Both the position numbers and the translations under genes were made by a program. Below the pieces are notes generated by a model. That model saw only the letters and a list, made by a program, of their open reading frames with translations. It was not told the DNA's origin and made no database searches. Shown here one piece after another: positions 57,903 to 64,000 of a stretch of DNA of 64,000 bases. This DNA comes from Opitutia bacterium. GTDB taxonomy: Bacteria > Verrucomicrobiota > Verrucomicrobiia > Opitutales > T3Sed10-336. Every line of letters begins with the position of its first letter. The first letter of the stretch is position 1. The stretch covers positions 8,894 through 72,893 of the forward strand of contig PWMU01000007.1 of the NCBI GenBank assembly GCA_003558065.1, given 5' to 3'.

Positions 57903-58148
57903 CGGATTCGCTTGCCGTGTGGATTTCAGGGACCGGATTCCAAGGCTTATACAAAGTCTATCGGGCGGTGCCGACAATAAAAATAACTCGACCCGGAACC
58001 GCGCGCGGGGCGAGGGGCCAGAGGGCAAATGACTCAGGCCGCCCGTCAAATCGGGGTCGACAATGGCTTCGCGTAGAGTGAGAGTGAGGGTGGGTGGGGC
58101 CTTGCCCGGATTTTGTTACAACAACCGACGTTCTTTAATCTTCACGGT

Positions 58149-59879
58149 ATGATCATTCCATTGCTTCGGAGGATTGCGGTGTTCGCCCTCGGGGTGTTCC
58201 TCGTGTTTCTTATCTTGTCGTATGTCTTCGCGCATTTGACCGAGACATTCTTTGAGTTTCCGCTGCCGTACTTCCTGGCCGGCGTGGCCGCGGCGGTCGC
58301 CTGCGCGGTCCTGCTCTTGCGCAACGCGTATAAAAACGACGACTACCTCACCGGGTGGGACGAGAGGGCTTTCCTGGTGATTTCGTCCCTGTTCTGTCTG
58401 GCGTTGAGCGCCGCGTCATTGGCCGCCCAGTTGCTGCTGTTGCGGCACGGCTTCTGGGGGTTGGTTCTTTTCGGGTACGTTCCTCTGGCGGCCGCGCTGA
58501 TCTACGTGGCGGCGGCGGCGCTGCGATTCAAGGAGGCCGGGGAATTCCCGAAGGAGTATCCGGAGTATACGAAGAAGCAGCGGGCGAAGCGCGCGAGTCA
58601 GGGCCGTCGCGAATGGGCCGCCGCGGCCGCCGCGCTCGCGGTGGCCGCGGTCTCCCTCTACCAGGTGTTCCCGGAGGAGTTGCCGCTTGTCGAGGCCGAG
58701 GACGAGGATCGGGCGGAACCCCGCGCGGAGCTCCGCCCCCGGGATTTCGAGGGGGACTGGAGCTCTCCGGCTTTTCTGTTGCGGTTGGCCGAAGCCGGAC
58801 ATGCCGAAGCGCAGTACCTTCTCGGACAGGTTTACTACGATGAGGACCACCCGAAGTACTGGAAGACCCCGGAACGGGCGGTCCGCTACCTCGAACAGGC
58901 CGCTGCGCAGGGACACGTCGATGCGGCCGTTGATCTCGGTTACATCTACCGGGACGGCTACGGAGAGATTCAGGATGATGCCCGGGCCTTTGAGTATTTC
59001 ATGAAGGCTGTCGAAGCCGGGAATGCGGTCGCCCAAAGGGAGATCGCGGGCCTGTATCGCTTCGGAAGAGGCGTGGAGGCGGACGAAACCGCTGCCTATC
59101 GCTACCTCGTGAAGGCCGCGGAAAGCGGCGACACGCAGGCCGAAACGGAGTTGGCCGAAGCTTATCAGCGGGGGCGCGGGGTCGACCGGGATCCGGAACA
59201 GGCTTACTTCTGGTTCTCCCGGGCCGCCCGCGGCGGCCATCCCGCCGCCCAGAATGACCTCGCGCTCAGTTACCTTAGGGGTATCGGGGTGGAACGCGAT
59301 CCCGAGGAGGGCGTCCGCTGGCTCGAGCGGGCCGCCGAACAGGACTTTCAGCCGGCCGTATTCAACCTGGGAATGCTCTACTACCGGGGCAGTTACGTTT
59401 CGACCGATTACGACCTCAGTTACCACTACCTTTCCAGGCTCGCCGACGCAGGTCATGTGCTGGGGCATTTCTATCTGGGGTCGCTTTACTACGAGGGGCG
59501 CGGGGTTGCCCGGGACAGGGAGAAGGCGTACAGTCAGTTTCAAGCCGCCGCCGCCAGAGGACACTTGCCGAGTATGATGAACCTCGCGGGCCTCTACCTC
59601 GAGGGGGGCGGTGTCCAGCGCGATCTGGAGAGAGGCCTCGGCTACATGGAGAGGGCCGCCCTTCGCGGCCTGGCGGGCGCGCAGTGGCGCATGGGGAAAA
59701 TCTTCAACGAGGGGACATTCGTCATGCGCGATCCGGTCGTGGCTCAGAAATGGTTTCTACTGGCTGCCGACCAGGGGCATCAGGAAGCCAAAAGCATGAG
59801 CGACGCCCTCGACGAGGAGCTCAGCCGGGAGGACCGGGAAATGGCTCGAACCCTGGCGAATCGTGCGGCGACCCAGTGA
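58149..59879 (+). CDS. Sel1-repeat protein with N-terminal multi-TM region
   Basis: About 5 TM helices then about 10 repeats of AQ..LG..Y..G.GV..D...A..W...AA..G. Confidence 0.9.
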   Translation: MIIPLLRRIAVFALGVFLVFLILSYVFAHLTETFFEFPLPYFLAGVAAAVACAVLLLRNAYKNDDYLTGWDERAFLVISSLFCLALSAASLAAQLLLLRHGFWGLVLFGYVPLAAALIYVAAAALRFKEAGEFPKEYPEYTKKQRAKRASQGRREWAAAAAALAVAAVSLYQVFPEELPLVEAEDEDRAEPRAELRPRDFEGDWSSPAFLLRLAEAGHAEAQYLLGQVYYDEDHPKYWKTPERAVRYLEQAAAQGHVDAAVDLGYIYRDGYGEIQDDARAFEYFMKAVEAGNAVAQREIAGLYRFGRGVEADETAAYRYLVKAAESGDTQAETELAEAYQRGRGVDRDPEQAYFWFSRAARGGHPAAQNDLALSYLRGIGVERDPEEGVRWLERAAEQDFQPAVFNLGMLYYRGSYVSTDYDLSYHYLSRLADAGHVLGHFYLGSLYYEGRGVARDREKAYSQFQAAAARGHLPSMMNLAGLYLEGGGVQRDLERGLGYMERAALRGLAGAQWRMGKIFNEGTFVMRDPVVAQKWFLLAADQGHQEAKSMSDALDEELSREDREMARTLANRAATQ

Positions 59880-59885
59880 CGTGGT

Positions 59886-59920
59886 GGCGAGGGGCGAGGG
59901 GCGAGGGGCGTGGGGCGAGG
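59886..59920 (+). repeat. Heptamer tandem repeat (GGCGAGG x5)
   Basis: ggcgagg ggcgagg ggcgagg ggcgtgg ggcgagg. Confidence 0.85.
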
Positions 59921-59953
59921 GGGCGAAATTGCCTCAGTCGCCAACTTTGAGGT

Positions 59954-59982
59954 TTGACAGGGCGGATGGCCGAACACATTCT
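59954..59982 (+). promoter_or_regulatory. Putative sigma70 promoter
   Basis: TTGACA-N17-CATTCT, 54 bp upstream of ATG 60037. Confidence 0.55.
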
Positions 59983-60036
59983 ATGTGCGTCACTTCAGAT
60001 CCTAATCAACAATCCTACACAAGCGTATCCCCTACT

Positions 60037-62226
60037 ATGAAAATGATCCCCTCCTTTCTGAAACGCCCGGTCCTCCTGGCGTTTGCCGCCGCGTTGGTGT
60101 CGAGTCCCGCCTACGCACTTACCGTCCACGTTGATGAGGACTTCTCGGAGGCGGTGCCTCCGGACCAGCTCCCCGGTGCCTGGGAGATTCCGTCGACTCA
60201 CGCCATCACCGATAACACGAATCCGGAAAACTGGACAATCACCGACGACCCCCCCGCCGATGGCACCAGTATTTGGATACGCGGCGGCAACGTGATTCTG
60301 GGGGATGACGACGCCGGCGAATGGCTGGCCGTCACGGCCTCCGACGAGGAGCCGATTGTTTTCCGGGTCAGTATTTATGATTTCATGGAGGAGCCTGACA
60401 ATGACGACGATGTGGCTACGCAGAGCTATGTTCAATTGGGCGACCTGGATCAGACGATCCTCCTGGCCGTGGGCGTGTTCGCGCAGGACGAGCGTTACGA
60501 GGTGCGCAGTTGGCCGGGCCACAACTGGTTTACGCTCGATGCGGAACGCAGTGAAGGCTGGCACACGTTTACGTTTGTGGTGCGGGAGGATACCTTTGAC
60601 GTGTACGTCAACGAGGATCCGTTCGACGAGGGGGCGGCGCCCGACCCGAACGCCACCAACCGCACCTGGGCCGGAGGTGCCGAGTTCGGCTGGATCGACC
60701 TGGGCGGGAATTTCTCAACCACCGCCGAGGCTTTTATGTACGATAATGTCTACTTGGCCAACGACCCGGCTGCCGCGCGTACCATCGATATCGTCGAGCA
60801 GCCGCAGGGCGGAGAGGTGCCGTTTGGGTTTGATTTTGACTTGAGCGTGGTGGCCGAAGCCGACACGTCCCTGACGTATCAGTGGCGCAAAGACGGGGCG
60901 GATCTGGATGACGCCGATCCCCGCGTTTCGGGCGCCACTTCCGACACCCTCACGATCAGTGAAGCCGAGTTCGAGGATTCCGGAAACTATCGGGTTTTCG
61001 TCTCCGACGAGAGCCAGACCGTACCCAGCGAGGTGGCCGCCATCGACGTCCAGCCGTTTGTTTTCGTCGAGTCTCCCGAAACCCTCCAATTGGAAGAGGG
61101 CGGGACCGCCGTGTTTTCCGTGGAGGTTTCCGGCGAGGAAACCTTCGAGTACCAGTGGTTCCGCGGCGAAGGGGCGCTCGAGGACGGCGGCCGGATCTCC
61201 GGGGCCACCTCGACCAGCCTCACTATCACCGACGCTTCGCCCGCCGACGCGGGCGATTACTTCGTCGAGGTGACCAATCCGCACGGCACGCGGGACAGCG
61301 AGGTGGCGCGCCTGATTATCGCGCCTGCGCCGACCGGCGTCCGGTTCGCGGATTTCGAGGATATCGAGCTGCCGTCTCCCAATGGAAGCGTCCTGTTCCA
61401 GGCGCCCAGTTTTTCCGGGTCGACCAATTTTCGCGTTACCTCTCCGAACCTTTCCCAGGTAACCGATGATGTCCCCGAAGGCAATTGGGGGGCGCAATCG
61501 CTCCTGGTCAACTTCAGCTTCGTCGAGGATCAGGATAATCCGTGGTTGCGTTTGACCACGTTCAACACGACCAACCTGGCGAATCCGATCATCCGTTTCG
61601 ATCAATATTTTCGGTTTGACGTTTATACCAACCAGGACGTGTACCTGGCCTTCGGAGTTCGAGACAACGGTGCCGAGGGAGAGATCGGCGAGGACGGCGG
61701 CGCCGCCGGACCCATCGAATGGATCGGGGGCACGACCGACAACGAGCGGGAAGGCTTGACCGGCGACGTTCCGCCCCTGGGGCGGCTCGTGAGAGCCGGA
61801 GAGTGGACGTCGCTCTTCTTCAATATTCCGGAAGAGCCGCTCAAGGCCTTCACGGGGAACGCGACGCTCGATAACGTTCAGGGAACGCTGGAACATATCG
61901 CGATTGTTCCCGTGATCGACGAAGAGGGCGATTACTCCACCGATCCCTTCGAGATCTACTTCGACAACTTTGAAGTCACCGAGGTCGGTCCGCCGGACTT
62001 TGTGGGTCCCCCGCGCGTTGCCGCGAACCGTACTGCCGACGGCAACGTTCGCGTGCGGGTGACCGGGGAAGCCAATGCTTCGTTCGCCCTGGAGGTTTCA
62101 ACGGACCTGGTGGATTGGGATCCGCTGACCACCATCGACGCCGACGGGGGCGGCGTTGCCGAGTATATTGAAGAGGACGTGGCCGGTTTCCCGCGCCGTT
62201 TCTACCGGGTCAATCTGGAGGACTGA
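60037..62226 (+). CDS. Secreted surface protein: lectin-like N-domain, two Ig-like domains, beta-sandwich domain, C-terminal sorting-like domain
   Basis: Signal peptide ending AYA; two LTYQWRKDG/YQWFRG...GATS..LTI...D.G.Y.V.V Ig repeats; ends LEVSTDLVDW...RRFYRV. Confidence 0.85.
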   Translation: MKMIPSFLKRPVLLAFAAALVSSPAYALTVHVDEDFSEAVPPDQLPGAWEIPSTHAITDNTNPENWTITDDPPADGTSIWIRGGNVILGDDDAGEWLAVTASDEEPIVFRVSIYDFMEEPDNDDDVATQSYVQLGDLDQTILLAVGVFAQDERYEVRSWPGHNWFTLDAERSEGWHTFTFVVREDTFDVYVNEDPFDEGAAPDPNATNRTWAGGAEFGWIDLGGNFSTTAEAFMYDNVYLANDPAAARTIDIVEQPQGGEVPFGFDFDLSVVAEADTSLTYQWRKDGADLDDADPRVSGATSDTLTISEAEFEDSGNYRVFVSDESQTVPSEVAAIDVQPFVFVESPETLQLEEGGTAVFSVEVSGEETFEYQWFRGEGALEDGGRISGATSTSLTITDASPADAGDYFVEVTNPHGTRDSEVARLIIAPAPTGVRFADFEDIELPSPNGSVLFQAPSFSGSTNFRVTSPNLSQVTDDVPEGNWGAQSLLVNFSFVEDQDNPWLRLTTFNTTNLANPIIRFDQYFRFDVYTNQDVYLAFGVRDNGAEGEIGEDGGAAGPIEWIGGTTDNEREGLTGDVPPLGRLVRAGEWTSLFFNIPEEPLKAFTGNATLDNVQGTLEHIAIVPVIDEEGDYSTDPFEIYFDNFEVTEVGPPDFVGPPRVAANRTADGNVRVRVTGEANASFALEVSTDLVDWDPLTTIDADGGGVAEYIEEDVAGFPRRFYRVNLED

Positions 62227-62246
62227 CACTTCCCGCCTTCCTTTCG

Positions 62247-62281
62247 AAAAAACCCCGCGCCGTGACGGCGCGGGGTTTTTT
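62247..62281. terminator. Bidirectional Rho-independent terminator
   Basis: aaaaaaccccgcgccg-tga-cggcgcggggtttttt between convergent genes. Confidence 0.92.
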
Positions 62282-62302
62282 GCGTGCGGCTTTCCCGTTC
62301 GA

Positions 62303-63982
62303 TCATTCCAGCGGTTTGGCCACGCGTCCGAGCTTCGTGTCCTTGAATTTGAAAAACGGTTGTTGCTGCTCGATCGCGATCATCTTGCAGTGCCGGACCA
62401 GCCGGTCGCAACTGATGACGTATTCACTGAGGATCATGCCCGTGGCCGCGTTCATTTCATGCCGGGCCACGGTTTCGTCGAGCTCTTTGCGAAAGGCCGC
62501 GCTGGTTTCCACGTAGGCGTCGCGCGCCCGCAGTATGGCCGCCCCTTTTTCGGGGAATTCGTTTCCTTCGGTGTCCATGGAGACCTCCACAGCCTGCAGG
62601 GTGCGTTCCGCTTTCTGATGAATGTCGAAGAGAGGGTCCACGATCTTCCGCTGCAACGCCTCGGACTGCCCGGTTTGCGACAGCCTCTGGGCGAGCTCCG
62701 CCATATTGGCGATGTGATCACCGATTCGTTCGAGGTCGCCCACGATGTGGTTCAGGTATTTGGCGAACAGGGCCTGGCGTCGTGACAGGTAACGCCGGGT
62801 CAGGGCGGCGAGGTAATTTTTGAAGGTGCCCTTGATCTCGTTGACCACCTCCTCGTTCATCCGAATCGTGCGCGCGGTGCTCTTGTCGAAGTCCTTGAGG
62901 AGTCCGCGCTCACACTCCAGGCTTTGGCGGCAGATCGACGCGCATCGTTTGAGCTCCTTGACAGCGGCCCGGAGGGCGTTTTCCGGGGTGGGGGTCAGCT
63001 CCGGTGCGAGGTGGGTCCCGGGGACGGATGGTTTTCCCGAAGGTGTCAGTTTCTCGATCGTCGCGGCGTAGAAGCCGACAAAGGGAAGCAGCAGGACCGC
63101 GGCGACGACCATGACGGCGGTGTGCAGGTTGGCGGTCTGGTGGATCAGGCTGTCCGCGGTCAGGGGAATGACCCGCAAAAACAGGGGCGCAGCGGCCAGG
63201 GCGAGCAGGGTGTTGAAGCTATTGAAAGCCAGATTCCCGAAGGCGGCGCGGCGCGCCTCGATTCGCGCGCCGATGCTGGCCAGCAACGCCGTCGCGGAAG
63301 TTCCCATATGGGCTCCGAGCACGAGCGGATAGACCTGCTGCAATTCGGTAAACACTCCCGCTGAAATCAGGACAAAACACATGCCGATGGTGGCGCCGCT
63401 GCTTTGGATGATCCCGGTGAACAAGCCGGCGGCCAGGATTCCCAGCAGCATTCCCGACCACGTGCTCCCGTCGACATGCTCCAGCCACGGCCTCATGGCA
63501 TCCCGGTGGGGTTCGATGGCGTCGCTCATGATTTCCATGCCGAGAAAAAGTATTCCGATACCCAGAAAAGCCCGGCCGCCTTGCCGGATGCTTTCACGGG
63601 GCGCCGTCATGGACACCGCGAACCCGACGGCGATCGCGACGAAGGCCAGGTCGGTCAGGCGGAGAGAGACGACCTGCATCGAAAGGGTGGTGCCTATGTT
63701 GGCTCCGAACAGAATCGGCAGTGAACCGGCCAGGCGGATCAGTCCGGCATTCACGAGCCCGACGGTCATCACCGAGGCCGCGCTGCTGTGGATGAGGAAA
63801 CCGAGCGTCGTACCCAGAGACAAGCCGGCGATCCGGTTGCGCGTCGCCAGTGCCAGAACGGCGCGCAGCCTTTCTCCGGCAACCGCCCGCAGTCCTCCCG
63901 TCATGATGTGGATGCCGAACAGGAACAGTGCCAGGCCGCCGCCTGTGATGAAAATCAGTGATAAAAGATCTTCCGCGGACAT
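62303..63982 (-). CDS. Na/Pi cotransporter family protein with PhoU-like C-terminus
   Basis: GGLALFLFGI, HSSAA, GANIGTT, IIQSSGAT, GAHMGT, DLERIGDH. Confidence 0.93.
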   Translation of the reverse strand: MSAEDLLSLIFITGGGLALFLFGIHIMTGGLRAVAGERLRAVLALATRNRIAGLSLGTTLGFLIHSSAASVMTVGLVNAGLIRLAGSLPILFGANIGTTLSMQVVSLRLTDLAFVAIAVGFAVSMTAPRESIRQGGRAFLGIGILFLGMEIMSDAIEPHRDAMRPWLEHVDGSTWSGMLLGILAAGLFTGIIQSSGATIGMCFVLISAGVFTELQQVYPLVLGAHMGTSATALLASIGARIEARRAAFGNLAFNSFNTLLALAAAPLFLRVIPLTADSLIHQTANLHTAVMVVAAVLLLPFVGFYAATIEKLTPSGKPSVPGTHLAPELTPTPENALRAAVKELKRCASICRQSLECERGLLKDFDKSTARTIRMNEEVVNEIKGTFKNYLAALTRRYLSRRQALFAKYLNHIVGDLERIGDHIANMAELAQRLSQTGQSEALQRKIVDPLFDIHQKAERTLQAVEVSMDTEGNEFPEKGAAILRARDAYVETSAAFRKELDETVARHEMNAATGMILSEYVISCDRLVRHCKMIAIEQQQPFFKFKDTKLGRVAKPLE

Positions 63983-64000
63983 GGTGAAAGCACGGGACTC

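Overview
GC-rich bacterial chromosomal window with about 52 protein-coding genes. I see no rRNA, tRNA, CRISPR array, integrase or transposase. Gene content (OmpA/Pal, LptD, several GspG-like pseudopilins, delta-60 and Ig-domain surface proteins ending in a ...S-x-[DE]L-x-x-W...RF[YL]RV domain) suggests a PVC-superphylum organism, most likely Verrucomicrobia/Opitutales; this is inference, not a database result. Most genes are housekeeping or metabolic (pcm, sufT, trxA, scpA, lptD, ferredoxin, glgB, nagA, rho, acs, htpG, RNase E/G, rodA, rny, trpS, pckG, hflKC, dGTPase, RluA-family synthase, surE, Na/Pi transporter). The best candidate for an undescribed system is at 47466-53272 (minus strand). 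A FabF-like ketosynthase there has lost its catalytic Cys and first His, and it lies directly upstream of a tightly coupled operon: soluble hybrid histidine kinase, FadL-type outer-membrane channel, second hybrid kinase. This may be a fatty-acid or lipid-signal sensing module. A second candidate is a set of 7-bp-periodic intergenic arrays, including an inverted pair at 37835-37986 that encloses a possible four-helix-bundle gene relic. Start codons were chosen by eye and no homology searches were run.
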